Source: Pseudohongiellaceae bacterium | GTDB taxonomy: Bacteria > Pseudomonadota > Gammaproteobacteria > Pseudomonadales > Pseudohongiellaceae | DNA length: 64,000 nt | Assembly (NCBI GenBank): GCA_033721235.1 | Contig: JAWWAY010000007.1 | Coordinates: 60,731 to 124,730 of the forward strand | Reading direction: 5' to 3' | Part shown: positions 9,318 to 21,177 of the stretch, piece by piece | Layout: each line of letters starts with the position of its first letter | Numbering within the stretch: position 1 is the first letter of the stretch | Made by a program: the position numbers and the translations under genes | The notes under the pieces: generated by a model | The model's input: only the letters and a program-made list of their open reading frames with translations | The model's database searches: none | Told to the model about the DNA's origin: nothing

Positions 9318-11049
9318 TCGTGAGACGCAATTTAAGCCGCTGACTTGGCGGCTATATTTGATTCTATTCTGCATGTCGCTGTGTGTGATCGCTGTGATGT
9401 GGAAGTTGACGACTCTGCATGTTCTGGATCAGGAATTTCTGCTTGATCAAGGCGATGCCCGTACTATTAGGACCGAGCCTTTATCTGCGCACAGGGGGAT
9501 TATCACCGATCGCAACGGCGAGCCTCTTGCTGTTAGTACTCCGGTTACCTCTATCTGGGTTGATCCAAGACAAATTTCCGAAGAAGTTCGCGATATCGAA
9601 CGCCTGGCTAACGCCATTGATATGGATGCTCAGCGCTTGGCAAGCAATATAGCGGCTAATGCAGATAAGAGTTTTCTATTTGTTAAGCGCCGCATGGCAC
9701 CCGCAGATGCTGAAGCTGTTCTGGCTTTGGATATAGATGGCGTCTACTCACGAGAAGAGTTTCAGCGCTATTACCCTCAGGGCGAGATTGCTGCCCATGT
9801 CGTTGGGTTTACTAATGTCGATGACATAGGGCAGGAAGGCTTAGAGTTGGCCTATGAAGACTGGTTGCGAGGCGTCCCAGGTAAACAACAGGTGCTGAAA
9901 GATCGACGCGGACGAGTGATTAAAGAGTTGGATACTATAGAGCCCGCGCAGCCTGGAAAGGACGTCGAGCTGAGCATCGATTTTCGTATTCAGAACCTAG
10001 CCTACAAAGCGTTGAAATCAGAATACTTACTAAGAGAGGCTAAGTCGGCCTCTGTTGTCGTTATCGACGTGAGTACCGGCGAAGTCCTAGCGATGGTTAA
10101 TCAGCCTTCTTATAACCCAAATAATCGCAGCACCATTACTGATTTTGGCGCCATAAGAAATCGCGCTGTTACGGATCTCATTGAGCCAGGCTCTACTGTG
10201 AAGCCATTTACTATCGCGGCGGCGCTCGAGAGTGGTTTTTACACGCCAGAAACACTGATTGATACCAGCCCTGGGAGAATGAGAGTCGGCAGAGACTGGG
10301 TTACTGACGCGACTACCAGAGCGGTTAATCACGGAGTGCTTCCGCTTAGAGGAGTCATTACCAAGTCGAGCAATGTGGGCGCGTCCAAGATTGCATTGGC
10401 ATTGGGTCACGAGCCTTTGAGAGAAATGTTGGGGCGCGTCGGGTTCGGACAAGACACTGGCAGTGGTTTCCCTGGTGAACGCGGTGGTTTGCTGCCCAAT
10501 CATAGAGTTTGGCACGACATTGAAACGGCGACACTGTCCTACGGCTATGGCTTGTCTGTCTCTGCACTACAGTTAGCCCAAGCTTATGTGAGTATCGCAA
10601 ACGGCGGCATAAAAAAACCGGTATCTCTCCTTAAGCTGGGGGAGGAGCAAGTAGCCTCTTTGCCAGAAAATAGAGTATTGAGCGAAACCGTGTCTGCTCA
10701 GGTTCGGGACGCATTAGAGACGGTTGTTGATCGCGAGCGCGGCGGTGGTGCGGTGGCGGCAAATGTCCCTTTCTATAGCGTTGCGGGTAAAACCGGTACC
10801 GCCCACGTAGTTGGCTCAGGTGGTTATGAAAGCAGTGTTTATAACTCGTTGTTCGCGGGCTATGCCCCGGCCAGTGATCCGAAAGTAGTAGTGGTAATTG
10901 TGATGAATCAGCCAGGTGGTGGTCAGCACTACGGTAGTCAAGTCGCTGCCCCGCTTTTCTCCCAAATTGTGGCAGGAACAATGCGCATTTTAAATGTAGC
11001 GCCCGATAAGATAGACGAATCAGAACTTCTCAAACTGAGTGCTCTATAA
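9310..11049 (+). CDS. ftsI: Peptidoglycan D,D-transpeptidase FtsI (PBP3)
   Basis: 579 aa with an N-terminal TM helix and the transpeptidase motifs STVKP, SSN and KTGTA. It overlaps the ftsL stop. Confidence 0.95.
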   Translation: MSDRETQFKPLTWRLYLILFCMSLCVIAVMWKLTTLHVLDQEFLLDQGDARTIRTEPLSAHRGIITDRNGEPLAVSTPVTSIWVDPRQISEEVRDIERLANAIDMDAQRLASNIAANADKSFLFVKRRMAPADAEAVLALDIDGVYSREEFQRYYPQGEIAAHVVGFTNVDDIGQEGLELAYEDWLRGVPGKQQVLKDRRGRVIKELDTIEPAQPGKDVELSIDFRIQNLAYKALKSEYLLREAKSASVVVIDVSTGEVLAMVNQPSYNPNNRSTITDFGAIRNRAVTDLIEPGSTVKPFTIAAALESGFYTPETLIDTSPGRMRVGRDWVTDATTRAVNHGVLPLRGVITKSSNVGASKIALALGHEPLREMLGRVGFGQDTGSGFPGERGGLLPNHRVWHDIETATLSYGYGLSVSALQLAQAYVSIANGGIKKPVSLLKLGEEQVASLPENRVLSETVSAQVRDALETVVDRERGGGAVAANVPFYSVAGKTGTAHVVGSGGYESSVYNSLFAGYAPASDPKVVVVIVMNQPGGGQHYGSQVAAPLFSQIVAGTMRILNVAPDKIDESELLKLSAL

Positions 11050-11064
11050 AACGGATGCAACACT

Positions 11065-12630
11065 ATGAATACGGCGAAGAATATTTTGTATACGACATCA
11101 CTTAATCAATTACTCGAAGAAATAAGCGAATCATCTGTTGATTTGCCTTCAGGGCTTGATGTGCAAATTAGCGGTGTACAAATGGATAGTCGCTTGGTTA
11201 ATCCAGGTGATTTGTTCTTCGCTACCTTCGGAGCGAACCATGATGCTCGCGACTATATTGATCTGGCGATTGCAAAAGGAGCGTCTGCGGTCTTGGCCCA
11301 TGCTGGTGGTCAGTGGCAAGGGCTTACGATACGTAATGGTGTGGCTGTAATAGCAATCGACGACCTGTCTAGCAAGATTGGTTTTATAGCGAGCCGGTAT
11401 TTTGATGACCCAAGTGCGGCGATGACAATGGTGGGGGTTACCGGTACCAATGGAAAAACCAGTTGTACGCATTTCTTGGCACAGCTGGCCGCTCAGTTGA
11501 AATACAGTTGTGGTTTGATTGGTACGCTTGGTAGTGGTTTTCTGGGAGAGTTGACAGATAGTGCTTATACAACACCCGATGCTGTAAATGTTCAAAGAAT
11601 TCTTGCGGACATGCGACATGATGGCGCCGATATGGTGGCAATGGAAGTCTCTTCCCAGGGGCTTCATCAGTACCGTGTTTCTGGTGTGCAGTTTGATGTG
11701 GCAGTGTTTACAAACTTAACGAGAGAGCACCTAGACTACCATGGCGATATGAGAAGCTATGCCGATACTAAGGCTCGACTTTTTCAAGGTAAGAACTTGC
11801 ATAGTGCTGTGATCAATGTCGATGATCAATATGGTTCGTTTATGCTCGATAGCCTGGCACCAAGTGTAAAGAGTTATACCTTTAGCACTAAGTGTAAGCA
11901 CGCTGATGTTCATGCACAGAAAATTGAGTACACACCGAGCGGCTATAAGGCTGTCATCAATACGCCACTAGGCAGTGGTGAGGTAAGCGGTAGCCTGCTT
12001 GGTCGATTCAATTTCAGTAATGTTTTAGCCGTTATAACCACGCTCATTGCCACAGAGTCTAGGCGCCCGAATTTTTCATTAGATGCTATTTTTTCTGGTG
12101 TTTCTCGATTGCGCCCGGTGGATGGACGCATGCAGATTGTGGGCGAGGTCGGTGATATTACTGCGGTGGTCGATTACGCACACACGCCCGACGCTTTGCG
12201 TAGCGCATTAGTTGCACTAAAAGATCATTTTGATGGAAAAATCTGGTGTGTCTTTGGCTGTGGTGGCAATAGAGATACGGGCAAGCGCCCCTTAATGGCT
12301 GAAGTGGCCGAAGCAAACGCAGACTACCTGCTCGTGACCGATGATAATCCTCGTACAGAGTCTCCTGATGAGATTGTTAAACAAATAATGCTGGGCTTCG
12401 AAGATGCTTCTCGGGTCAAGGTAGAGAGAGATCGAGCCAAAGCTATTGCGTTTGCAATAGAGCAAGCAAAATCTGGTGATGTTGTTCTCATTGCCGGAAA
12501 AGGGCATGAGACCTATCAAGATGTTAATGGTAATCGCATGGCATTTAGTGATGTGAGTCAGGCGAGAGTTGCGCTTCAAGCAAGACAGCAAAAGATTGAA
12601 GATTTAGGGCGAGACGCTAATGATTCATAA
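11065..12630 (+). CDS. murE: UDP-N-acetylmuramoyl-L-alanyl-D-glutamate--2,6-diaminopimelate ligase MurE
   Basis: Mur ligase P-loop GVTGTNGKTS and a DNPR motif (DDNPRTE) indicating meso-DAP specificity. The dcw position fits. Confidence 0.95.
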   Translation: MNTAKNILYTTSLNQLLEEISESSVDLPSGLDVQISGVQMDSRLVNPGDLFFATFGANHDARDYIDLAIAKGASAVLAHAGGQWQGLTIRNGVAVIAIDDLSSKIGFIASRYFDDPSAAMTMVGVTGTNGKTSCTHFLAQLAAQLKYSCGLIGTLGSGFLGELTDSAYTTPDAVNVQRILADMRHDGADMVAMEVSSQGLHQYRVSGVQFDVAVFTNLTREHLDYHGDMRSYADTKARLFQGKNLHSAVINVDDQYGSFMLDSLAPSVKSYTFSTKCKHADVHAQKIEYTPSGYKAVINTPLGSGEVSGSLLGRFNFSNVLAVITTLIATESRRPNFSLDAIFSGVSRLRPVDGRMQIVGEVGDITAVVDYAHTPDALRSALVALKDHFDGKIWCVFGCGGNRDTGKRPLMAEVAEANADYLLVTDDNPRTESPDEIVKQIMLGFEDASRVKVERDRAKAIAFAIEQAKSGDVVLIAGKGHETYQDVNGNRMAFSDVSQARVALQARQQKIEDLGRDANDS

Positions 12631-13993
12631 GATGCAATTGTCGAGTATTGCGCAAAGCCTAGATGGTAAGTTGCATGGCAACGATGCGAGCTTCGAGCGC
12701 GTGTGCACAGATACTAGAACTTTGCAGAAAGGCGATCTCTATATTGCTTTGGTAGGTGAAAACTTTAACGGTAATCACTTTGTGGAAAGCGCGGCGGCCA
12801 ATGGTGCTTGTGCGGCTATAGTCAGTGAGCTTAGTGAGCATTCTTTGCCTCAGCTCGAGGTGGTGGATACCACTAAAGCGCTAGGAGGTTTAGCCAAACT
12901 CAATCGCCTTGCATCCGCAGCGCGCGTGGCGGCTATTACCGGGAGTCAAGGTAAGACAAGTGTTAAGGAAATGCTGGGTAAGATCATGAGTTGTGTCGAT
13001 ACGACCTTGGTGACCCAAGGTAATTTTAATAATCATATTGGGGTGCCTCTCACTCTGATGGATTTAGCACAAGAGCATGAGTTTGCCGTTATTGAGCTTG
13101 GGGCCAGTGGCCCAGGCGAGATCGCCTATACAGTGGACATGGTAAAGCCTGATGTTTGCGTTATTACCAATGCCGCAGAAACGCACGTAGAGGGCTTTGG
13201 TAGTCTGCAGGGCGTTGTGGAGACCAAAGGAGAAATTATTGATGGTGTGCAAGAGGACGGTGTTGTTGTTCTCAATGCTAGTGATGCGAATTTTGCACAG
13301 TGGCTGGCGCGCGCAGGTGCAAAGAAAGTCGTCACCTTTGCCGTGCAGTTAAATGAATCGACTGTGCAAAGCGATTATCTTGCGTGTGATGTGAGTAATC
13401 TCGATGGCATTAGCAATAAGTTTGTACTGCGTACACCTATCGGTGAAGTGGATGTGCAGTTGGCCCTGCCCGGCAATCACAACGTTGCCAATGCAGCGGC
13501 GGCGGCAGCGGTAGCCATTGAAATGGGAGCAAGCTTAAGCCAAGTCAAAGAAGGTTTGTCCAAAGTAAACCCGGTTCCTGGTCGCTTGGCTAAGTGTAAA
13601 GGTATCGGTGGCTTTACTCTCATTGATGATAGCTACAATGCGAGCCCTTCTTCTTTTAAGGCTGCCATTGATGTGCTCGCTGCCAACGATGGAAAAAAAG
13701 TTCTCATCATGGGTGATATGGGAGAGCTGGGCGAGAAGACTACAGGCGAACATCGTGCAGTTGGTCAGTATGCTGCGCAAGCAAAAATTAATGAGCTGTG
13801 GGCAGTGGGTAAATTCAGTGCCTTGGCTGCAAAAAGTTTTGGTGTAAATGGCAAGCATTTTGAGAGCCAAGATGCGTTGGTGGAATTTGCCAATGACAAT
13901 TTGGATCAGAAAACAGTAGCTCTGGTTAAGGGCTCAAGAAGTGCTGCGATGGACAATATTGTTAAACGACTTAAAAGTGGAGAACTAGCCTAA
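12620..13993 (+). CDS. murF: UDP-N-acetylmuramoyl-tripeptide--D-alanyl-D-alanine ligase MurF
   Basis: Mur ligase P-loop ITGSQGKTS and dcw position. An alternative in-frame ATG lies at 12632, just after the murE stop. Confidence 0.95.
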   Translation: MIHKMQLSSIAQSLDGKLHGNDASFERVCTDTRTLQKGDLYIALVGENFNGNHFVESAAANGACAAIVSELSEHSLPQLEVVDTTKALGGLAKLNRLASAARVAAITGSQGKTSVKEMLGKIMSCVDTTLVTQGNFNNHIGVPLTLMDLAQEHEFAVIELGASGPGEIAYTVDMVKPDVCVITNAAETHVEGFGSLQGVVETKGEIIDGVQEDGVVVLNASDANFAQWLARAGAKKVVTFAVQLNESTVQSDYLACDVSNLDGISNKFVLRTPIGEVDVQLALPGNHNVANAAAAAAVAIEMGASLSQVKEGLSKVNPVPGRLAKCKGIGGFTLIDDSYNASPSSFKAAIDVLAANDGKKVLIMGDMGELGEKTTGEHRAVGQYAAQAKINELWAVGKFSALAAKSFGVNGKHFESQDALVEFANDNLDQKTVALVKGSRSAAMDNIVKRLKSGELA

Positions 13994-15075
13994 TGCTGGT
14001 ATGGCTGAGCACATATTTGGAACAGTTTGATAGTGGCTTTGCTGTATTTCAGTATATTACAGTGCGCGGCATTTTTAGCATATTAACGGCGCTGGCAATC
14101 TCTTTGATAATCGGTCCATTAATGATTCGTAAGCTAGTCTCAATGCAGATTGGGCAGGTAGTACGAGACGATGGCCCCGAGAGTCACTTTAGCAAAGCCG
14201 GCACCCCTACGATGGGTGGAGCGTTGATTCTCGTTAGTATCGCTATTAGTACTCTTCTATGGTCCGATCTTTCCAACCACTATATCTGGACTACCTTGGT
14301 AGTGACCTTGTTGTTCGGGGCAATAGGATGGGTGGACGATTATCGAAAAGTGTACGAGAAGAACCCCGTAGGCTTACCTGCGCGTTGGAAGTATTTCTGG
14401 CAGTCCGTCATCGGTGTAGGTGCGGCTAGTTTTCTCTATTTCAGTGCCTTAGGTCCTGCTGAAACTCATTATATTGTTCCCTTCTTTAAAGATGTTTCTC
14501 TTAACTTGGGAATTATGTACATCGTAATTACCTACTTTGTCATTGTCGGTAGCAGTAATTCGGTAAATCTAACTGATGGTCTAGACGGCTTGGCGATTAT
14601 GCCAACTGTAATGGTGGGGGGCGCTCTAGGCCTTATCGCATATTTGTCGGGCAATATTGAATTCTCTGAGTATCTGCGAATTCCTTATGTGGCCGGGGCG
14701 GGTGAGCTTGTCATCTTCTGCGGCACTATCGTGGGGGCGGGTCTGGGCTTTCTTTGGTTTAACACCTATCCGGCACAAGTATTCATGGGTGACGTGGGCT
14801 CTCTTGCCTTGGGTGCCGCACTCGGAATTGTTGCAGTGATAGCGCGTCATGAAATTGTGCTGTTCATCATGGGCGGAATATTCGTAATGGAAACGGTGTC
14901 GGTCATTCTGCAAGTCGGCTCTTACAAGATGCGTAAGAAACGTATCTTTAAGATGGCGCCTATCCACCATCACTTCGAACTAAAAGGCTGGCCAGAGCCA
15001 AGAGTGATAGTTCGATTTTGGATTATCACCGTAATGTTGGTGCTTTTTGGTTTGGCAACACTGAAATTGAGGTAA
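13993..15075 (+). CDS. mraY: Phospho-N-acetylmuramoyl-pentapeptide transferase MraY
   Basis: 360-aa polytopic membrane protein with the [10 protein letters not shown] and PIHHHFE motifs. It has a TAATG stop/start overlap with murF. Confidence 0.97.
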   Translation: MLVWLSTYLEQFDSGFAVFQYITVRGIFSILTALAISLIIGPLMIRKLVSMQIGQVVRDDGPESHFSKAGTPTMGGALILVSIAISTLLWSDLSNHYIWTTLVVTLLFGAIGWVDDYRKVYEKNPVGLPARWKYFWQSVIGVGAASFLYFSALGPAETHYIVPFFKDVSLNLGIMYIVITYFVIVGSSNSVNLTDGLDGLAIMPTVMVGGALGLIAYLSGNIEFSEYLRIPYVAGAGELVIFCGTIVGAGLGFLWFNTYPAQVFMGDVGSLALGAALGIVAVIARHEIVLFIMGGIFVMETVSVILQVGSYKMRKKRIFKMAPIHHHFELKGWPEPRVIVRFWIITVMLVLFGLATLKLR

Positions 15076-15080
15076 AGAGA

Positions 15081-16430
15081 GTGAATATTAACGAGCGAGT
15101 AATAGTAGGAATGGGGGTGACAGGCTTGTCCTGTGCGCGCTATTTCCGCTCGCTCGGAGAAACGTTCTCTATTGCAGATAGTAGGGAGAATCCTCCTGGT
15201 CTGGACGATTTTGTGAAGGAGTTTCCAGAGCAGACGCCTATGACAGGCCCTTTTCATGACAAGCAGTTCTGCGAAGCTAGCGAACTAGTTGTAAGCCCCG
15301 GTGTTAGTTTGAAGACACCGGCGGTAAAAGCGGCAATTGACGCGGGCGTCTTTATTACTGGTGATATCGATATCTTTAGTCGTGCCGCGTCAGCGCCAGT
15401 TGTTGCAGTGACCGGCTCAAATGGTAAGAGTACCGTTGTGAGTTTATTGGGCGAGATGGCGCGTCACGCCGGATTACATGTAGCCGTCGGTGGCAATCTG
15501 GATGGAAAAGGCGCGCGGCCAGCTTTAGATCTACTGAGCGATAAGGGCTGTGATTTATATGTGCTTGAGCTGTCCAGTTTTCAATTAGAGACTACCCATA
15601 AACTTGGTGCGAAGGCGGTGGCTGTACTCAATATCTCTGAAGATCATATGGATCGCTACGATGATATGGACGCCTATGCTGGCGCTAAGCACAGGATCTT
15701 TAATTCCTGTGAAGTTGCGATCATCAATAGGCAGGAGCCTAGCTCATATTTACCTGCAAAGCACGAAGCCGTAGTCGTGAGCATTGGGCTTGATAGCCCT
15801 GGGCAAGATCAGTGGGGCTTACGTGATATTGATGGCGAAGCGTATTTAGCGAGGGGTGAGCAAAAGCTTCTTCGACGCAGCGAAGTGAAGATGCCCGGCA
15901 AGCATAATGTGGTAAATGCCCTTACGGCTTTAGCGCTGGGCGAAGCAGTTGGTTTGCCGCTGGAAAAAATGCTGGAAACGCTCAAGAGTTTTGCGGGACT
16001 ACCCCATAGGTGCGAGTGGGTGGCACAGATCGAAGGTGTTCAATACTTTAACGATTCCAAAGGCACCAATGTTGGCGCAAGCATTACAGCTATTGAGAGC
16101 GTGAGTGAATTAATCTCCGGCAAAATTGTGCTGATTGCTGGCGGGCTGGATAAGGACTCTGATTTCTCAGTGATGGCACCGGTTTTAGAGAAGCACGTCT
16201 CGGCCGCTGTTCTGATTGGCCAAGACGCTGAGACTTTGGCAACAGCGTTTCGTCGTACAGTTCCAGTTGTATTGGCGCAAAGCATGTCGGAGGCCGTCCT
16301 TAGAAGTAGCGAGCTCGCTCAAGCAGGTGATGCTGTTCTGCTTTCCCCTGCGTGCGCAAGTTTCGATATGTTTAAAGGCTATGCGGATAGGGGTGAAGCA
16401 TTTTGCAATGCTGTGGAGGACTTGTCATGA
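15081..16430 (+). CDS. murD: UDP-N-acetylmuramoylalanine--D-glutamate ligase MurD
   Basis: P-loop VTGSNGKST. The ORF-track start at 15018 overlaps mraY by 58 nt. GTG 15081, with AAGAGA upstream and just after the mraY stop, gives the canonical VIVGMGVTG N-terminus. Confidence 0.93.
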   Translation: MNINERVIVGMGVTGLSCARYFRSLGETFSIADSRENPPGLDDFVKEFPEQTPMTGPFHDKQFCEASELVVSPGVSLKTPAVKAAIDAGVFITGDIDIFSRAASAPVVAVTGSNGKSTVVSLLGEMARHAGLHVAVGGNLDGKGARPALDLLSDKGCDLYVLELSSFQLETTHKLGAKAVAVLNISEDHMDRYDDMDAYAGAKHRIFNSCEVAIINRQEPSSYLPAKHEAVVVSIGLDSPGQDQWGLRDIDGEAYLARGEQKLLRRSEVKMPGKHNVVNALTALALGEAVGLPLEKMLETLKSFAGLPHRCEWVAQIEGVQYFNDSKGTNVGASITAIESVSELISGKIVLIAGGLDKDSDFSVMAPVLEKHVSAAVLIGQDAETLATAFRRTVPVVLAQSMSEAVLRSSELAQAGDAVLLSPACASFDMFKGYADRGEAFCNAVEDLS

Positions 16431-17614
16431 GTGCTCATGCTATTACAGCGGGTCGCAGTGGTGTGGCCGCAGTGGATGTAAACAATCGGATTCACGGCTT
16501 GTTATTGGTCATGCTGTTGTTGATGACTATCGGTTTGCTGATGATGACTTCGGCTTCGGTGGAGATAGCCAGTAGCCAGTATTCTGATCCGTTTTTCTTT
16601 CTAAAACGACAGTTGATTTTCACTGCGCTGAGCTTGACTGTATTCGCCGTGGCACTAAAGACGCCAATGCGGTTTTGGTACGACGCTAGTTGGTTTCTAT
16701 TGATGGCCTCGTTTGCGTTGCTGTTGTTGGTATTGGTTCCAGGTGTTGGAAAGGTCGTGAACGGTAGTGCACGGTGGATTGATCTTGGTTTTTATAATTT
16801 GCAGCCTTCAGAGATGGCGAAGCTGTTTATAGTGGTTTATGTGGCGGCTTATCTTGCTCGGCACCGAGAAGAAGTGGTGAATACATGGAGCGGTTTTCTT
16901 AAGCCCATGTTGATGCTTACCGGTGCAATTGTGCTCTTGCATTTTGAGCCGGACCACGGTGCGATGGTTATTCTTATCGGCGCTACCTTTAGTCTTATCT
17001 TTCTGGCGGGCGCCAAGCTCCATCGGTTCAGCTTTGTACTGGGAGTGTGCGTTGCCGCTGTCGCCGTATTGGCAGTTATGAAGCCTTACGTGCTAGATCG
17101 ATTTTCTTCGTTTCTTAACCCTTGGGCAGAAGAGTATGTCTACGGCGAGGGCTATCAGTTGACACAGGCGTTGATAGCGTTCGGTCGCGGCGGGATATTT
17201 GGCGAAGGTCTAGGCAACTCTATTCAGAAGCTCTACTTTCTGCCCGAAGCTCACACGGATTTTGTGCTCGCTATAGTGGCCGAAGAGTTTGGATTGCTCG
17301 GTGTGACCATTGTCATTGGTCTCTTTGTCGCACTAATCGTTCAAGGGTTTCGAATTGGTAAAAAAGTAGAGGCAGGTGGCGAGCTGTTTTTAGCTTACGT
17401 TGCTTATGGCATTGCCTTGCTATTTGCCTGTCAAACTTTAATCAATGTGGGTGTGAATGTGGGGCTTCTTCCCACTAAGGGTTTGACTCTACCTTTCCTG
17501 AGCTACGGCGGTAACTCGCTGTTGGTGAGTTGTTTGATGGTGGGCATATTGATGCGCATTGACTATGAGTTTGCCCAGAGTAATCGCAAGAATGCTCGAA
17601 GGGGGCAATCATGA
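16427..17614 (+). CDS. ftsW: Peptidoglycan glycosyltransferase FtsW (SEDS family)
   Basis: SEDS polytopic membrane protein (LQPSEMAKL, PEAHTDF, LPFLSYGG). ATG 16427 forms an ATGA overlap with the murD stop. Confidence 0.93.
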   Translation: MSAHAITAGRSGVAAVDVNNRIHGLLLVMLLLMTIGLLMMTSASVEIASSQYSDPFFFLKRQLIFTALSLTVFAVALKTPMRFWYDASWFLLMASFALLLLVLVPGVGKVVNGSARWIDLGFYNLQPSEMAKLFIVVYVAAYLARHREEVVNTWSGFLKPMLMLTGAIVLLHFEPDHGAMVILIGATFSLIFLAGAKLHRFSFVLGVCVAAVAVLAVMKPYVLDRFSSFLNPWAEEYVYGEGYQLTQALIAFGRGGIFGEGLGNSIQKLYFLPEAHTDFVLAIVAEEFGLLGVTIVIGLFVALIVQGFRIGKKVEAGGELFLAYVAYGIALLFACQTLINVGVNVGLLPTKGLTLPFLSYGGNSLLVSCLMVGILMRIDYEFAQSNRKNARRGQS

Positions 17615-18723
17615 GCGCATTGGCACCGCAGAACTTTGGGTCTGTGCTCGTTATGGCAGGGGGCACTGGAGGGCATGTTTTTCCAGCCCTAAGTATAGCT
17701 CGAGAGTTACAAAGCAAAGGTTATCGAGTTGAGTGGTTGGGCACAGAATCCGGTTTGGAAGCCAAAGTGTTAGATGGGACAGATATTCCGTTGCACTGCA
17801 TTCAAGCAAGAGGCTTGCGTGGTAAAGGGCTTGTCAGCCTCTTGTTGGCCCCCTTTATGGTGTTGCGAGCCGTTGTCGAGGCTGTAGCTGTAATAAAGGC
17901 GGTTGGTCCATGTTGTGTTTTGGGCATGGGCGGGTACGTCACTGGGCCTGGTGGAGTAGCGGCGAAACTAATGGGTAAGCCTTTGTTGATACATGAACAA
18001 AATGCGGTGGCTGGGTTTACTAATCGTCTTCTGTCGCGGATAGCGGTACGAGTGATGGAGGCGTTTCCTGGAACGTTCGAGGCTAGTTCGAAAGTGCTGT
18101 GTACGGGAAATCCTGTGCGCAAAGAAATTTCGGCTATTGGTGAAAATGCCAGAGAAACTAGAAGCGCCGATGCCCTTAGAGTATTGGTGATAGGCGGTAG
18201 TCTAGGTGCCGTAGCCATAAATCAGCTAGTGCCAGCAGCCCTTGCTGAAAGCCGTACTTGCGAGGAAGTTGAGATTTGGCACCAGGCTGGAAACCGCAAT
18301 TTGGAACAAACATTGGAAGCCTATCGCAAGCATGGATTGAGTGTAGGCGAGCGCATTAGGGTAGCACCATTTATTGATGATATGGCGCAGGCCTATCGGT
18401 GGGCAGATCTTGTGATTTGTCGCGCCGGAGCGATGACGGTAAGCGAGTTAGCGGCGGCAGGAAAGGCATCAATTCTAGTGCCTTTCCCCCACGCAGTTGA
18501 TGATCATCAAACTAGCAATGCTAAGAGCTTAAGCGAGAGTGGTGCCGCCATATTGGTGCAGCAAAATGAGCTGGATAAAACCAAGTTGGCGTCACTGCTA
18601 GATGATTTTAGGAAGAACCGAGATCAGCTATACGCCATGGGCGAGAAAGCCAGAGAGCAGGCAAAATTAGAGGCAAGTGAATTAGTGAGTAGTAAATGTA
18701 TAGAGGCATGTCGCTGTGAGTAG
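17611..18723 (+). CDS. murG: UDP-N-acetylglucosamine--N-acetylmuramyl-(pentapeptide) pyrophosphoryl-undecaprenol GlcNAc transferase MurG
   Basis: [11 protein letters not shown] motif and dcw position. It has an ATGA overlap with ftsW. Confidence 0.95.
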   Translation: MSALAPQNFGSVLVMAGGTGGHVFPALSIARELQSKGYRVEWLGTESGLEAKVLDGTDIPLHCIQARGLRGKGLVSLLLAPFMVLRAVVEAVAVIKAVGPCCVLGMGGYVTGPGGVAAKLMGKPLLIHEQNAVAGFTNRLLSRIAVRVMEAFPGTFEASSKVLCTGNPVRKEISAIGENARETRSADALRVLVIGGSLGAVAINQLVPAALAESRTCEEVEIWHQAGNRNLEQTLEAYRKHGLSVGERIRVAPFIDDMAQAYRWADLVICRAGAMTVSELAAAGKASILVPFPHAVDDHQTSNAKSLSESGAAILVQQNELDKTKLASLLDDFRKNRDQLYAMGEKAREQAKLEASELVSSKCIEACRCE

Positions 18724-20164
18724 TAAGCAAAATAATACAGTCCCAGCAACGATCGCCCATGTTGTACCTGAGATGCGTCGTATAGAGACGATTCACTTTA
18801 TTGGTATCGGTGGTGCGGGCATGTGTGGCATTGCAGAAGTCTTGCTGAATCAAGGGTATCGAGTAACGGGTTCTGATATTCGAGACTCTGCTGTTACTGC
18901 GCGTTTGGTGAATTTGGGTGCTCAAGTCTTCATTGGGCACGCAGCGGCCAATGTCGAGAACGCTGATGTGGTTGTCTATTCCAGCGCTGTGCGCCAGGAC
19001 AACCCTGAGATGGTGGCAAGTCGTGAGATAGGGCGACCAATTATTCCGCGTGCAGAGATGCTCGCCGAACTAATGCGTTATCGGCACGCCATTGCGATCG
19101 CGGGAACTCATGGTAAGACAACGACGACGAGTTTGGTTGCATCGATTTTTGCTGAAGCTCAATTAGACCCCACCTTTGTTATCGGTGGTCTTCTAAATAG
19201 TGCGGGCGCAAATGCAAGGCTTGGAGAGAGCCGCTACTTAGTAGCGGAAGCGGATGAAAGCGATGCGTCATTCTTGCACTTACAGCCTATGGTAGCAGCT
19301 GTCACTAATATTGATGCCGATCATATGAGTACATACGAAGGCGACTTCAATAAATTGAAGAAGTACTTTGTTGATTTTCTTCACAACTTGCCCTTCTACG
19401 GATTGGCAGTTTTGTGCATTGATGATCCGGTCGTAGTAGACATTCTAGAGTCAATCTCGCGTCCAAAGATTACTTATGGCTTTTCAGAAGATGCAGATTA
19501 TCGAATTCAAAACTTACAGCAGACTCGCCAGTACACGTCTTTCGAAATCGTACGTCCTGACGGCTTAGGCGTATTGGATGTGAGCTTGAACATACCTGGT
19601 CGTCACAATGCATTGAATGCGACGGCTGCGGTGGCTATCGCCAGCGATGAAGGCATTAGCGATGAGCATATCCGTGCGGGACTTAGTAAGTTCGAAGGAG
19701 TTGGGCGGCGCTTCGATATTCAAGGTGATTTTCCAGTGGGCGATGGTACAGCGATGTTGCTCGATGACTACGGGCATCACCCTACAGAGGTGGCGGCCAC
19801 TATTGCAGCCATACGCGATGGTTGGCCAGAGTCTCGATTGGTCATGATCTATCAGCCACATCGTTATTCCAGAACAAAAGACCTCTATGAAGACTTCGTG
19901 AAAGTGCTGTCGGATGTAGATGTGCTGTTGATGCTAGAAGTCTATTCGGCGGGAGAGGATTCCATCCCTGGTGCGGATAGTCGAAGTTTGTGTGGAAGCA
20001 TTAGAGCGAGGGGCAAAGTTGACCCCGTGTTTGTTCAGAATGACGAGAATATTCGTAAGGTGCTAAGTGGCGTTCTGCGCCCTGGCGATATTGTCGTGAC
20101 GCAAGGCGCTGGAAGTGTGGGCTCTTTAGCGCGCGAGCTGACTGAAAATGGTTTGGTTGATTAA
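18716..20164 (+). CDS. murC: UDP-N-acetylmuramate--L-alanine ligase MurC
   Basis: [12 protein letters not shown]-terminal Rossmann motif and P-loop [10 protein letters not shown]. It has a GTG start. Confidence 0.95.
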   Translation: MSSKQNNTVPATIAHVVPEMRRIETIHFIGIGGAGMCGIAEVLLNQGYRVTGSDIRDSAVTARLVNLGAQVFIGHAAANVENADVVVYSSAVRQDNPEMVASREIGRPIIPRAEMLAELMRYRHAIAIAGTHGKTTTTSLVASIFAEAQLDPTFVIGGLLNSAGANARLGESRYLVAEADESDASFLHLQPMVAAVTNIDADHMSTYEGDFNKLKKYFVDFLHNLPFYGLAVLCIDDPVVVDILESISRPKITYGFSEDADYRIQNLQQTRQYTSFEIVRPDGLGVLDVSLNIPGRHNALNATAAVAIASDEGISDEHIRAGLSKFEGVGRRFDIQGDFPVGDGTAMLLDDYGHHPTEVAATIAAIRDGWPESRLVMIYQPHRYSRTKDLYEDFVKVLSDVDVLLMLEVYSAGEDSIPGADSRSLCGSIRARGKVDPVFVQNDENIRKVLSGVLRPGDIVVTQGAGSVGSLARELTENGLVD

Positions 20165-21153
20165 TGTTAGTAGAGAAGGAACTAGTAATTGAACGCAACG
20201 ATGGTGGTCAGAAACCAATGAGTAGTACACCGAATTATGCAGAGCGTTTTGGACGAGTAGCAGTCGTGATGGGCGGAAAAGCTGCCGAGCGCGAGGTCTC
20301 GTTAAACAGCGGTAATGCCGTGTTGGAGGCTTTACTAAGCGCCGGCATTGATGCCATTGGTATTGACGCAGCAACAGACCTGCCAGCTCAGCTAATCGAT
20401 AAGGGTGTGGATCGTGTTTTTAACGTGCTTCATGGTCGTGGCGGTGAGGATGGGCAGCTGCAAGGTTTACTGGAGTTTATGGAGATTCCGTATACCGGAA
20501 GTGGGGTTTTGGCGTCGGCCTTATCGATGGATAAAGAGCGTACTAAGCGGCTTTGGCTTAGCGAGGGCTTGCCTACTCCGCAGTTTGAAATGCTCACTGA
20601 AGAATCAGATTTTTCGGCCATTGTTGAACGTATGGGAACCGTTGTGGTTAAGCCTGTGAGAGAGGGCTCCAGTATTGGGATGTCGATAGTCAGCGATTCT
20701 AATGCTTTGCGCAGCGCATATGAAAAAGCGACAGAGTATGACTCCCACGTGATGGCAGAACAGTATATTCGAGGCCCTGAGCTTTCTGTCCCTGTATTGA
20801 ATGGAACTGTATTGCCTATTATCGAGTTAAAGACCAGTCACGAATTTTACGATTATGAGGCCAAGTATATAGCGAACGATACCGAATACACCTGCCCAGC
20901 GCCTTTAGCTGATGCCCGTAGGCAAGAGCTAGAGCAAGTTTGTTTGGCGGCATTTAATTCGGCAGGTTGTTCGGGTTGGGGGCGTGTAGACGTCATGCAA
21001 GATAAAGACGGCAAGTTTTGGTTGTTAGAGCTGAATACGGTACCGGGTATGACTGATCATAGCTTAGTGCCTATGGCGGCGAAGCAAAAAGGATTGAGTT
21101 TTGTTGAGCTGTTGATAGAGGTGTTAGATGCAACCGTTGAGCAGAAAAACTAG
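20164..21153 (+). CDS. ddl: D-alanine--D-alanine ligase
   Basis: ATP-grasp enzyme (GGKSAEREVSLNSG-like GGKAAEREVSLNSG, LELNTVPGMT). ATG 20164 forms a TAATG overlap with murC. An alternative start at ATG 20218 cannot be excluded. Confidence 0.93.
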   Translation: MLVEKELVIERNDGGQKPMSSTPNYAERFGRVAVVMGGKAAEREVSLNSGNAVLEALLSAGIDAIGIDAATDLPAQLIDKGVDRVFNVLHGRGGEDGQLQGLLEFMEIPYTGSGVLASALSMDKERTKRLWLSEGLPTPQFEMLTEESDFSAIVERMGTVVVKPVREGSSIGMSIVSDSNALRSAYEKATEYDSHVMAEQYIRGPELSVPVLNGTVLPIIELKTSHEFYDYEAKYIANDTEYTCPAPLADARRQELEQVCLAAFNSAGCSGWGRVDVMQDKDGKFWLLELNTVPGMTDHSLVPMAAKQKGLSFVELLIEVLDATVEQKN

Positions 21154-21177
21154 TTTTTTGAGGCTTATGTAAAAAAC